64,000 bases of DNA from Lama guanicoe (lineage: Eukaryota), in NCBI GenBank assembly GCA_013239625.1, contig MU053588.1:2304508-2368507 (forward strand), written 5' to 3'. Each line of letters begins with the position of its first letter. The stretch's first letter is position 1. Shown here one piece after another: positions 12,548 through 24,186 of this stretch. The notes beneath the pieces were generated by a model. That model worked only from the letters and a program-made list of their open reading frames with translations, was not told the DNA's origin and searched no databases. The position numbers and the translations under genes are program-made.

Positions 12548-12928
12548 CAAACCTCTCATTTTGGAAATGGGAAAAGAGAGGCCCAAAGAGGAGGGATGGC
12601 CTCTCAAAGTCACACAGTGGCCATCAGTAGAGACAGGACTGAATCCAGTTGTCCTCATTCTGCACCACACTGGGGATGTGCCAAAGTTCCAGTCAGGCCT
12701 CTGCAGTGGCCACAATCTGCTATGGGCATTGGTTGTGGGAAGGCAGAATCACCAAATACCCAATTCAGCATCTTTTCTGTCATCGATTCCTCATGTGTGA
12801 TCAATGATCATCCTATCCAAACAGCACAAACCCCACATTTAAACAAACGAGATATGCCATTTGGATTTACTGCTTGTTTCTGTATATTCACTTTCAAATT
12901 AAAGGCAAACGTTCAAGATCCAACTTTG

Positions 12929-13096
12929 CGGGGACGGGTATAACTCAAGTGGTAGAGCACATGCTTAGTATGAACAAGGTCCTGGGTTCAATCCCTGGTA
13001 CCTCCTCTCAAAATAAAGAAATAAATAAGCCTAATTACCTCCCCCCTTGAGAAAAAACCTAAACAAATAAATGTCACTCTTCCAAAAAAAAAAAAA
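12929..13096 (+). mobile_element. tRNA-derived SINE (vic-1-like)
   Basis: Same family; TSD AAGATCCAACTT at 12915-12926 and 13095-13106. Confidence 0.88.
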
Positions 13097-13140
13097 GATC
13101 CAACTTGAAGCACAAAGAAATATAAAAAATAAAAAAAGTT

Positions 13141-13300
13141 GGGGGGAGGGTATAGCTCAAGTGGAGTGCATGTTTAGCATACGGGAGGTCCAGGTCCTGG
13201 GTTCATTCCCCAGTACTTCCTCCAAAAATAAATAAATAAGTAAACCTAATTACCTTCCCCCACCAAAACAAACAAACAAACACACACACACCCCCAAAAA
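13141..13300 (+). mobile_element. tRNA-derived SINE (vic-1-like)
   Basis: ggggggagggtatagctcaagtgg...ggtcctgggttcattccccagtac followed by the tail. Confidence 0.85.
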
Positions 13301-13859
13301 GAAATACAGGTCACTTCACTGCAAGTTTCCTAGTTATGTGTATTCTCTACTGCCGGAATCAAATGTAATATTTGGAAATGTTATAAAAAGTGAACTTTAG
13401 GAAGAAAAGTTATTGTGAGGTTTCAGATGGTTAAAATTGGGAATAAACTGGTAATACAAATCATAATTTCTGCACTCATAGGGAACTTAAAAGTATGACT
13501 GCTAAATATTTAGTTATAAAATATGGACTGCTGGATCATTTAGTTATGAAACGTGAACAATATCTGTACAGGCTAAGCTGCTGTAACAAAGAGACCCAAC
13601 AGTGGCTTAAAGGACTAGAAGCTTGTTTCTTCCTCCTGGATGGTCCCAACATGAGCAGCCTCATTGGCAAAGAGGCTCTGCTCTGAGCAGTGAGTGTGGA
13701 TTCCAGGTTCCTTCTCCCATCCTGTGCTCTGTGGACCTTGGTTTTCAAGCTGTGGAAGTTGGGGGAAGAGGGAGGAAGGCCAGACAACAGTTTCCTTTTT
13801 TAGTAAACCTTTAAATTATGAAATAATTATAGATTCACAGAAAGATACTAAGATAGTGC

Positions 13860-14780
13860 AGATGATAACAAGACAAATAACCTAGTTTAAAAAATGGGCA
13901 AAGGATTTGCATAGATATTTCAGCAAAGAAGTAATACGTATGGCCAATAAGCATGTGAAAGATGCTCAAATTGTTAATCATCGGGGAAATGCAAATCAAA
14001 ACCACATTGAGATGGCACTTCATACCCGCTGGGATGACCATAATAAAGTTTAAAAAAAAAAAAAGAAAGGAAAATGACAAGTGGTGGTGAGGTTGTGGGG
14101 AAATTGGAACCCTTGTACATTGCTGGTGGGAATGTAAAATGGTTCAGCCACTTTGGAAAACAGTCTGGAAGTTCCTCAAAAGATTAAACATAGAGTTACC
14201 AGTTGACCCAGCCATTTTACTCCCAGGTTTATACTCAAGATAACTGAAAACATGTGTCCACACAAAAACTTATACCTAATTGTTCATAGCAGCATTGCTC
14301 ATAATCACCAGAAAGTTTTCTAGAAATAACCCAAATGTCCATCAGCTGATGGTTAGATAAGTAAAATGTAGTATATCTACCCAATGAGATGCTATTTGGC
14401 TGTAAAAAGGAATAAAATACTGATACATGGCACAACATGAATGAACCTTGAAAATATTATGCTGAGAGAAGGAAGTCAAGACATAAAAGGCCATATACTG
14501 CATGATTTCATTTATGTAAAGTGTCCAGAATAGGTGAATCCGTGGAGACAGAAAATAGATGAATGATCGCTGAGGGTTAGGTGAAGGGGGAGTGGGGAGT
14601 GGCTGCTAAGTGGGTACAGGGTTTCTTCTTGGCGTGGTAAAAATCTTCTGATATTCGATAGTGGTGATGGTTGCACAACTCTGTGACTATGCTAAAAACC
14701 ACTGAATTTACACTTTAGAAGGCTGAATTTTATAGTGTGTGAATTACTGCTTATAGTAAAACTTATATATTAAAAAAAAA
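13860..14780 (+). mobile_element. Old LINE-1 (ORF2 end and 3'UTR) remnant
   Basis: aaaaatgggcaaaggattt, gaaatgcaaatcaaaaccaca and cattgctggtgggaatgtaaaatgg motifs, then an A-tail. Confidence 0.85.
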
Positions 14781-15637
14781 GACAGTAAGACAGATCCCAA
14801 ACAACTTCTTTGTAAGCAAGCGAGGCAGAAGTCTCGCACATCCTCCCACTACCCTCCTGTTGGTAGTCCCAAGCTTACTCCTTGCTCCAGGGATGTTGGA
14901 AACCTGGCTGTCTGGCTACTAGAGAAGGGAGACATGGTTCCTGCCCTCAAGGAATGTTCATTCTGGCATATTCATTCCTTTTCATTCCCCACAGACATTC
15001 AGTGGCCAGCTCTTAATAACTCTACAGTATGCCCCCTTCTCCCATTCCCTCGGCTTCTGCCCTCGTCCAACTTCATTCTCTGTCTCTCTGGGGTCCTTTC
15101 CCTCATCTCCTCCCTGGGCTCCGGGCTGCCATTCTTGCCCTCTCTGAGGTACCCTTCCCACAGCAGCCAGAGATGTCCCTGAAACCCAACTCTTATCCTG
15201 TCCTTCTTCCTCTTAACCCTCTATGGCTCCCTAGTGTATGTCCCCACTAAACTGAGCTCTGCCACAGAAGGGCTCTGTCTGTATTCAGAGCCTAGAACAG
15301 CGTGGGGCACATAGCGGGTGCTCAAATATTGAAGGAATGAACAGAGCCGATTCGGGTAAGAAACAGATAAGCCTTCCTGGGGAAGTAATATCCCAGGAAA
15401 ACTTTAAGGGACCAGGAGGCCATCTCCAGGTGGGCAGTGGAGGGGAGGGCAGGAGGCGGGGGAGGAGGGGCGGAGAGGTTTTCCCAGGTAGAAAGAGCCG
15501 CCTGAACAAAGACCTGATAGTTGCTGAGAGCTGGGCCTGAGCAGGATTTGGCTGGGGGTTGACAGGGGAGGGCTGGAGTGAAGCTGGAAGGGAGAGGTCC
15601 TGGAGGAGACTGGGCCTCATTAGGGTCTGTCCTTCAG

Positions 15638-15789
15638 ATGAGCGGGAGGCTGTGCAGAAGAAAACCTTCACCAAGTGGGTGAACTCGCACCTCGCCCGCG
15701 TTGGCTGCCATATTGGGGACCTCTATGCCGACCTCAGGGATGGCTTCGTGCTCACGCGGCTCTTGGAAGTGCTGTCTGGGGAGCAGCTG
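15638..15789 (+). CDS. SPTBN4: BetaIV-spectrin exon 3 (CH1)
   Basis: [19 protein letters not shown]...[10 protein letters not shown], the actinin-type actin-binding signature; ag/gt boundaries. Confidence 0.97.
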
Positions 15790-16884
15790 GTGAGAGGGCC
15801 AGGAGGGCTGGGGGAAGGGGGCGGCCCTGGAGTCCCGGGCGGGGCTACTACAGGGCCTGGCTAAAGGATGGGTGGAACGTCCTAGAAAGGCTAGGTGGGT
15901 AAAAGGCCCCTTATTAGGGTGGGCGGGGCTATGGCACAGGGGCAGGGCTTGGTTGTGAGGAGCCGCGGATTGTGGCTTGGAACCGAGGCGAGATTCCCTC
16001 AAAGGAGAGGGTTGTCGTTCAGTGCGGGACTCCGGGCTTGGGGTGGGGGGGGCTCCGCTGGAAGGGATGGGCTTATTGGAGAAGGGAGGAGCTTTATCAG
16101 AAGGAACTGCCCTGCGTAGTGCGGTAGCAAGAGGCATGGCTATAAAACGGGCGGAACTCAGTTGCAGTGGGTCTACGAAGGATGAGAGTACGGTTGTCAT
16201 CAGAAGGATGAGGCTGCGGGACCAGACGGAACTCTTGTATGGGTGTGGCTGGTTGTATGGGTTGCAGTTGTATTTCTGAGCTTGGATGGGGCTTCATCGC
16301 AAAGGGTTGGTTTCTGTTGGAGCTAGATATCGATTAAAGAAGCAGAGTCTGGAGCTCAGGAAATCGTGAGGGGCATGGCTATACAATAGTAAACGCCGTT
16401 GAGAGGAACAGAGCTATAAACAAGGGGAGAGCCCTGGAGTGGGGCGGGGCTTGATAGAAATGGGCGTGGTCCTTGGCTGGGACCTAAAAAGAGGAAGTGA
16501 GGGATATGGCCATGGAACTAGTGGCAAAACATTAGTCGCCTGGAGCAGAGATCCAATGGAAGAGGCGAGAGTATGGCTACAGACAGGGGGCGGAGCTGCA
16601 TGGTAAAAGGCGTGGTTATCAGGTTGGAGGTGGGGCTTAAATTGAAAGGGCGGGTCCAGGAACTTGAATACGCCCTGTAAGGGTCTGGCTACGAATGGGG
16701 TAGGGCTTCTTTAGAAGGATTGAGTCCTTGGTATTTGATGAGGCGACTGAAGGGCATTGCCTGGGCTTGGACTTGGAATTTGGGGGTGCGTAGTTATGTG
16801 GGCGGCCTTCTTTGGAAGAGATAGGGTAGAGGGCACGGTGCTCTTGGCCAGGTTCTGGATCTCCTAATGCCCCTGCCGCCCTAG

Positions 16885-17058
16885 CCAAGGCCCACTCGTG
16901 GTCGCATGAGGATCCACTCCCTGGAAAATGTGGACAAGGCACTTCAGTTCCTGAAGGAGCAGCGCGTGCACTTGGAGAACGTGGGCTCGCATGACATTGT
17001 GGACGGAAACCACCGACTGACCCTGGGGCTGGTCTGGACCATCATCCTGCGCTTCCAG
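16885..17058 (+). CDS. SPTBN4: BetaIV-spectrin exon 4 (CH1)
   Basis: [23 protein letters not shown]...[12 protein letters not shown]; tag|CCA to CAG|gtgatc. Confidence 0.97.
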
Positions 17059-17559
17059 GTGATCCTCAAGTGACCCCAGCCCAGCCCCGCTCCCACAATG
17101 GAGCCGTAGGAAGGTGTCCCTCACCCATTCATTCACTCCAAAAATATTCCTAATATGCTCTGGGAACCCTGTTCCAGGTGGTGGGGGTGAAAATGATTTT
17201 TAAAAAAATGTAATGCCCCTCCTCTTGATAAAACTCGCTAACTCATCATAGTGATGGTGGTGATAATATATGATCATTTATTTTTTCATCTGTTCTAAGC
17301 ACTTGGTGTTTAATATGCACAAACCCCTCATAAATTAGGTACTATTTATTATCCCACTTTACCAATGAGAAAACTGAAGCCCAGAGAGGTGAAGTAATAT
17401 GCTTAAGGTCACACAGCTGTGTACTGGGGCTGGAATTCAACTGCAGGCAATCTTGCTTCAGTTCAGAAACAAAATAGACACATTTTCTGTATTTTTGGAA
17501 CAAGACGTGGTGGAGAGGGTAGACAGATAATAAACACATCAATGTGCAAACAGGAAAGG

Positions 17560-17990
17560 TATGGGAAAAGGACAATTCGAGGCAGAGAAGTGGAAATAAC
17601 TTTACAAAAGAGAATAGATTATGATAAAGCAGTAAAAGGGATGTAAAATATCCCATTGATGGTGTTGAGATTTTAGCCTTAGTGACCAGAGAAGCTGATG
17701 GCTGAATGACGTGAAGATGAAAGGAGAAAGCATTCCAGGCAGGGGGCACAGCAAATGCAAAGGCCCTGAGGTAGGAGTGAGCTTGGCATGTTACAGGTAC
17801 AGAAAGACCAGTAAGGCTAGAGAACAGGAGGCAAAGGGGAGAGAGAGAGGAGATGAGGTCAGAAGGGTTGGCAGGACTGAGGTGATCTGTGATTAGCAGT
17901 TGGATTTTATTCTGTCTGAGATAGGGAGAAATTAGAGAGTTTTATCAAGAGGAAGGGCATAATCAGACATAGAAATATCCTTCTGGATTT
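17560..17990. mobile_element. LINE-2 remnant
   Basis: agcattccaggcagggggcacagcaaatgcaaaggccctgagg motif; similar remnants near 22500-22860, 30550-31160, 32400-32700, 38130-38480 and 62330-62960. Confidence 0.65.
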
Positions 17991-18265
17991 GAGGTGGTCA
18001 CCAAAATTAGGGGCCAGGAGCTTGAGGAAGAGACTGGAGCTGGACCAGGGTAGGGCCATAGGGAGGTGAAGAGGGAGCTGGGTAGGGAAGACTCTCAGGA
18101 GTGGGAAAGGACATGCTGTAGGGGAAGGGGAGGGGGACAAAGTGGTGCCTCCACCCCCCAGGCCTAAAGCTGCATCTCTCATCTCTGCCATCCCTCGGTT
18201 GGGGTGGGCTATTGCGCAGCCTCAAGCCCTCCAGGTCCCAGTAGCCATGTTTTGTATCCTCACAG

Positions 18266-18357
18266 ATTCAAGTCATCAAAATTGAGACTGAGGACAACAG
18301 AGAGACTCGCTCAGCCAAGGACGCACTGCTCTTGTGGTGTCAGATGAAGACAGCTGG
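18266..18357 (+). CDS. SPTBN4: BetaIV-spectrin exon 5
   Basis: [31 protein letters not shown]; ag/gt boundaries, phase 2. Confidence 0.96.
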
Positions 18358-19401
18358 GTGAGCCCCCCAAACCCCCTAGTCCCTAGGAAGGCCAGGCCCT
18401 GACCTCTGGGCTTCCTTCTGGGACAGGAGTACAAGGGGCAGCCCAAGTCCTTAGTGTCAAAATTACATCTGAAGTTAATAAACTGGTAACAAACTCCTCC
18501 AACCTTGATGACTAAACCTCTAGAAGGTCAGGTTCAAATTTAGAACTTGGACTTCTCAGAAAGCAATGCCTAAGGTGATGAGCTCCCTTCCCTCCCCCAT
18601 CTCATCCTGCACCACAGAGGCCTCATGTGCACCTGTGTGGAACCCCCCAGCCCTATTCTGAGCTCTTTCCTGACCCCTCAGCCTAGGGGGACACACACCA
18701 GGGCTCTGGCAGCTCGGGTGGGAAGTTCAGGTCTTGGTACCTTCAGTGGAGTCGAGAAATGGGGTGCACAGACCCCACTAGGTATGTCCCCTCGTCCTGC
18801 AACTCTCTGTCCTGCGGGGAGGGGCCTGGCATGAGACACAAGTGCCCTCTGGAGACTCAAAGCCCTTGGAAGAAGGAGGGAGGGGCAAGTGTGGATGGAG
18901 ACTGGGCTTCTGAGGACTCTCGTCCTCCTGGGGCTGTCTTGAGATGCTCTTAGTTCTTTCATGTGTCTGTCTTTACCTCTGTGTCTGCTCTTCCTTGTTC
19001 CTCTCTCTCCCTCCTCCTTCTCTTTCCCTCCTATCTCTCCCCACTCCTTTCTTTCCCCATCTCTATCTGCATCTTGCTCTCTCTCTGTCCTTTCCTTCCT
19101 TCTTCTTTTTGTCTTCCCTCTGTTTCTCTCTCTTGTTTGCTCCTCTCCTGTCTATCTCTCTCAATCTCTCTCAATCTCTCTCTCTGTTCATTTCCCTGGT
19201 CCACTCAATCTATCTACCTATCTATCTACCTAGCTATCTTTCTTTCTTTCTCCCTCTCTCTCTCTCTCATCATCCATCTATATATCATGTATATCCATCC
19301 ATCCATCGATCCATCTCTGTCTGTCTGTCTCTCTCTCCCTCCCTCCCTCTTTCCTCCTGACTCTCCATCTCTGCCTCTGTCTCTCCCTTCCACACTGCCA
19401 G

Positions 19402-19482
19402 GTACCCTGAGGTAAACATCCAGAATTTTACCACCAGCTGGCGGGACGGTTTGGCCTTCAATGCCCTCATTCACCGGCACAG
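19402..19482 (+). CDS. SPTBN4: BetaIV-spectrin exon 6 (CH2)
   Basis: [27 protein letters not shown]; ag/gt boundaries. Confidence 0.96.
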
Positions 19483-20099
19483 GTACCACCTGGTCTGGGG
19501 CAGCCCAGCCTGGCCCTACCCCCAACCCCACATCCCTTGGGCACACACTTGTACAGGGATGTATATAAACACGTGTAGACACAGGACCCCCCCCTTCACC
19601 TCTCTGCACACATACATGTTTCCGTTCACATTCATGCTCTTACACACAGGCACACACACACAGACCCCTGTCCAGGCTGCATACTGTGTGCACACATGGA
19701 AACATGCATATACTCATGCATATATACAGCTTGTACCTGGGCCTGATGCTTAGACGCCCCCACGGTGGGCAGCTCACTCCCCTTGGATCCGCTTCTGTGT
19801 GTGCACCAGAAACTCCTTCCTCACTGTGCGCCCCCAGACCCTCTCCTGGCTCCCTTCACACCCACATGCTCATACTTCAGGGCCTGGGACTGAGCTGGCT
19901 GAGGGGTGGGCACCCAGGCAAATTATCCCCACATCACCCTCGTCCATGTGACAGATTGGGGAAACTGAGGCCCAGAGACTGGGAGGGACTTGTTCTGCTG
20001 TGACAGAAGCCAGAACCCACACATACACGCTCATACGTGTACGGGGAGACCCAGCACCACCTACACACCCACAAACACACAAGCTGTAACCCGGGTTGT

Positions 20100-20325
20100 G
20101 CTAACAATGGGAACATTTACTAAGTGTACCGGCATTGTTCTAAGTGCTTTCCAGTCTTTTCATACTCAGTGCCCCTGTGAGGCAGAGGCTATTATTATCC
20201 CCCATTTTACAGATGAGGAAACTGAGGCACAAAGAGCTCACCCAGACTGACTGCCAGGAAGTGGCTGAGCTGGGGTTTGAGCCAGGAATCCTGTCTCCAG
20301 ACCTCATACTTCTAAGCACTACATA
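20100..20325. mobile_element. MIR SINE (one of many)
   Basis: Core attattatcccccattttacagatgaggaaactgaggcac; other copies near 700, 3720, 4680, 17350, 27900, 32820, 43750 and 57450. Confidence 0.8.
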
Positions 20326-20563
20326 ATACTGTACAGAAACACACCCGAGTAGATGTGTGTGTGTCGTGAAGTCACACGTACATGTGCCCTCACGCAGTGA
20401 AATGCTGCACAGACACGCACCAGCGCACACAGCTTTCTCCTTGGCTGGGTTGTGCTCCTCCCTCCCTCACCCTGGGTGGGACTCAGACAAGGATGTCTTT
20501 TCACCTGTTTGCTCACCGGCTTTGGAGCCTGCCTGCTGCCTGCCTGCTCTGTGCCCTGCCCAG

Positions 20564-20679
20564 GCCCGACCTCGTGGACTTCAACAAACTCACCAAGTCC
20601 AACGCCAACTACAACCTGCAGAGAGCCTTCCGCACGGCTGAGCAGCACCTGGGGCTGGCACGTCTGCTGGACCCTGAGG
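20564..20679 (+). CDS. SPTBN4: BetaIV-spectrin exon 7 (CH2)
   Basis: [22 protein letters not shown]...RLLDPE; ag/gt boundaries. Confidence 0.96.
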
Positions 20680-21478
20680 GTGAGCCCTGCCTGGCCCCAG
20701 CCCAGATTTCCTCTTGGAGGGGCTCGCACTCCCAGCGCCATCCCAGACTTGACCCATCCTCCTGCAACACCTTCCCAAATCCCAAGGTTTCAAATCCCAA
20801 CTCCTTCCCCTCTCCTTCTTCATCACCAATTCCACTCCCTTCCCATCCCCATGTGCCTTAGTTTCTCCATCTCTATCTCAAACTGGACCCCATCTCTATT
20901 CCTATGTTCATCTTAACCTCCTCTCCTCAACCCCATCCTTAGTCATCTCCCTCCACACCCAACCCCTTCTCTCTCCCTAACCCCAACCCCATCTCTAAAG
21001 CCAACACTATCCCCAACCTGATCTCCAACGCTGTCCAGTCCCCAACATTAGCCCCATCCCCACACCAATCCTGTTTCTAACCCCATTCCCACCCCCAGCC
21101 CATCCCTATGTCTGTCCCCATCCACAACTCGGTCCCCATTCCAGCCCCTTCCCCATTTTCAGTCTATCCCCACTCCCACCCCAACTTCAGCCTCATTCCC
21201 AATCCATGATCACACGGAATACCAACCCTCTCTTTCTGGAATAATGGCCATGATCTTGCCCCACCACTCCCCCATATCTGGAATAATGGTTGTTCCCTTT
21301 TTTCTGAGCATCTACTGTGTGCCAAGCACACGGCTGGGAATTATATGAACGTTGTTGCCTTTCATCCTCACACTGATCTGGTTGGATATAAGTCATCAAT
21401 TCTGCTTTAAAGTGATGGAAACAAAGGCTCAGAGATGTAAAATTACTTGCTCAGCATCACACTGAAAACCAGTAAACA

Positions 21479-22100
21479 TCCCTGATATTAGTGATGTTGA
21501 GCAACTTTTCATGTTCCTGTTGGCCATCTGCATTTCCTCTTTTGGAAAAAATGTCTGTTCAGTTCTTCTGCCCTTATTTGAATGGGTTGGCTGGCTGATT
21601 GTTTGTTTGCTTTTCAATTGAAGTACTGTTGATTTAAAATGTTGTATTAGTTTCTGGTGTACAGCATGGGTGGACTTGGAGGGCATTATGCTTAGTGAAA
21701 TAAGTCAGACAAAAAAAGACAAATACTGTAAGATATCACTTACATGTGGAGTCTAAAAAAATACAACAAACTAGTGAATATAACAGAAAAGAAACAGACT
21801 CACAGATGTAGAGAAGGAACTAGTGGTTACCAGGGGCAGAGGGAAGAAGGAGGGGCAAGATGGAGGTGGAGGATTAAGAGGTACAAACTATCAGGTATAA
21901 AATAAGCTTCAGAGATGTACTGTACAACATGGGGAATAGAGCCAATATTTTATAACAACTGTAAATGGAGTGTAACCTTTAAAAATTTGTGAATTACTAT
22001 ATTGTATACCTATAACATATAATATTGTAAATCAACTATACTTCAATTTAAAAAATGATACTGTAAAATAAGTAAGTAAGTAAATAGTTTTAAAAAAAAG
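21479..22100. mobile_element. Composite LINE-1 insertion: antisense segment followed by a sense 3' end
   Basis: 21479-21666 reads as antisense L1 and 21667-22100 as sense L1 3'UTR with an A-tail; AGTAAACA is repeated at both flanks; the insertion interrupts a MIR. Confidence 0.7.
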
Positions 22101-23095
22101 GAAAGAACACTAGTAAACAGGATTGTCTGATCCCAGAAATCACGGTCTTAATCATTCCTCTACCCTGCCTCTTATAGCTGTATTCTGTGCTCAGTGCCTG
22201 GCATGCGGTCGGTGTTTACTGGATGTCAGTTTCATGAGGCGGGGAAGAGGATGGTTGTTGTGCATTCAATGGGTAAATTAAAATGACAACAGGATTTACT
22301 GAGTTACTCCTCTGTGCCAGGCTTATGGTGTTCCTAGGTAGCAGACACTGATTATCCTTACTGTAACAATGGGGAACTGAGGCTGAGAGAAGTTGGGTCT
22401 GTTTTCTAAGGACATGCAGTGAGTAAGTGGCTGAGGTGGGATTCAAGCTCAGGCTGCCTCCGAAGCCTGTGTCCTTGACCTCAGACACCAGTCATACATT
22501 TCGTAAATATTTATTGAGCCCCTACTGTGTGCAGGGCATGGCAGGAACAGTGGTAAAAGATAGGCATAGCCCTTATCCTCATGTAGCTGAAACTCGAGGT
22601 AAGAACATAATCACATACATGAATAGTTAAGTATAAATTGTGATATGTTCTAGGAGGAAATGATAAGATGCTATAAGGAAGAATAACAAGAGGAGGTCAA
22701 CTCTAGACAGGATGAACAGGAAGGCTTGTTTGAGGAAACTTAAGTTTAGTGGAGCCCTGAAGGATGAGTGGGAGTTTGGCACACAGAAAAGGGAACAGTG
22801 TTCTAGACAGTGAGAACAGCATGTGCAAAGGCCCTGAGATGGAAGGTAGAATGATGGTTCAAGAAATAATTATAAATAAATTTCTCTGTTGTGGTTTATG
22901 TGTGTCAGGCACTGTTTAATCCCATGAGGTGGAGCCCCATTGGGAAGATACAAAAACTGAGGAACAGAGAGGTTAGTTATCTGGCCCAAGTTCACACAGC
23001 TATGAAGAGTGAGTTCTCCCAGCTCCATGTAATACCTTCAGTCTCTCTGTCAGAGTGCTTACCATCATGCTTCCTCACTTTCCTTTACCCTCTAG

Positions 23096-23208
23096 ATGTG
23101 AACATGGAGGCTCCAGATGAGAAGTCCATCATTACCTATGTGGTCTCTTTCTACCATTACTTCTCCAAGATGAAGGCTCTGGCTGTGGAGGGGAAGCGGA
23201 TCGGGAAG
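23096..23208 (+). CDS. SPTBN4: BetaIV-spectrin exon 8
   Basis: [38 protein letters not shown]; ag/gt boundaries. Confidence 0.96.
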
Positions 23209-23305
23209 GTAATGAGGAGCCAAGGAATGGGGCGGGTGGGAGCCTGGGAACTGTGTGGGGCCATATCTGGGATGAGGCTGATCCCACCTCCCTTTGCCTG
23301 GTCAG

Positions 23306-23493
23306 GTCCTGGACCAGGTGTTGGAGGTAGGGAAGATCATTGAACGCTATGAGGAGCTGGCGGCCGAGCTGCTAGCCTGGATCCACCGCACCGTGGGGCT
23401 TATCAGCAACCAGAAGTTCGCCAACTCACTGAGCGGGGTGCAGCAGCAGCTTCAGGCTTTCACGGCCTATTGCACACTGGAGAAGCCAGTCAA
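23306..23493 (+). CDS. SPTBN4: BetaIV-spectrin exon 9 (spectrin repeat 1)
   Basis: [26 protein letters not shown]...CTLEKPVK; ag/gt boundaries. Confidence 0.96.
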
Positions 23494-23567
23494 GTGAGGC
23501 CCAGCACAGGAGGGAGGGGAGCAGGTGGAGGCGTGGAGGAGGGGTCCCTGAGCTCAGGCCCCTTCAG

Positions 23568-23685
23568 GTTTCAGGAGAAGGGGAACCTGGAGGTGCTGCT
23601 CTTCAGCATCCAGAGCAAACTGCGTGCCTGCAACCGTCGCCTCTTCGTGCCCCGGGAGGGCTGTGGCATCTGGGATATCGACAAG
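23568..23685 (+). CDS. SPTBN4: BetaIV-spectrin exon 10
   Basis: FQEKGNLEVLLFSIQSKLRACNRR...WDIDK; ag/gt boundaries. Confidence 0.96.
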
Positions 23686-23947
23686 GTGAGGCTGAGGATG
23701 TAGGAGAGAGGAAGGGTTGCTCTGTAAAGTTGTGTAGGTTGTGCACTGCTCAAGGGAGCCATTTACATTGCAGACATCATGGACTGCATATTTATTCTGA
23801 TGGTTTCCTAGCAGTAAAGGGTCACGAGGAAGCAACATTTTTTCCCCAGTTTGTGCAAAAGGTGTCATAAGTGCTGGGAGTGACCTCAGACAGAGAATCC
23901 AGGGCCACTTAACTGTGGGGAGTTGTTGGAATCTCCTGCCTCCCTAG

Positions 23948-24106
23948 GCATGGGGCCAACTGGAGAAGGCAGAACACGAGCGAGAGGCTGCCCTACGGGC
24001 TGAACTGATCCGGCAGGAGAAGCTGGAACTGTTGGCCCAGAGGTTTGACCACAAGGTGGCTATGCGCGAGAGCTGGCTGAATGAGAACCAGCGCCTGGTC
24101 TCCCAG
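23948..24106 (+). CDS. SPTBN4: BetaIV-spectrin exon 11
   Basis: [27 protein letters not shown]...[11 protein letters not shown]; ag/gt boundaries. Confidence 0.96.
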
Positions 24107-24186
24107 GTACAGGGTGTAGGGCTTGGCTCCGGGGGAATGGGAGGGAGGGTGGGGCTGATGGCCCAGGGACCAGAGAGGGAGACTTG

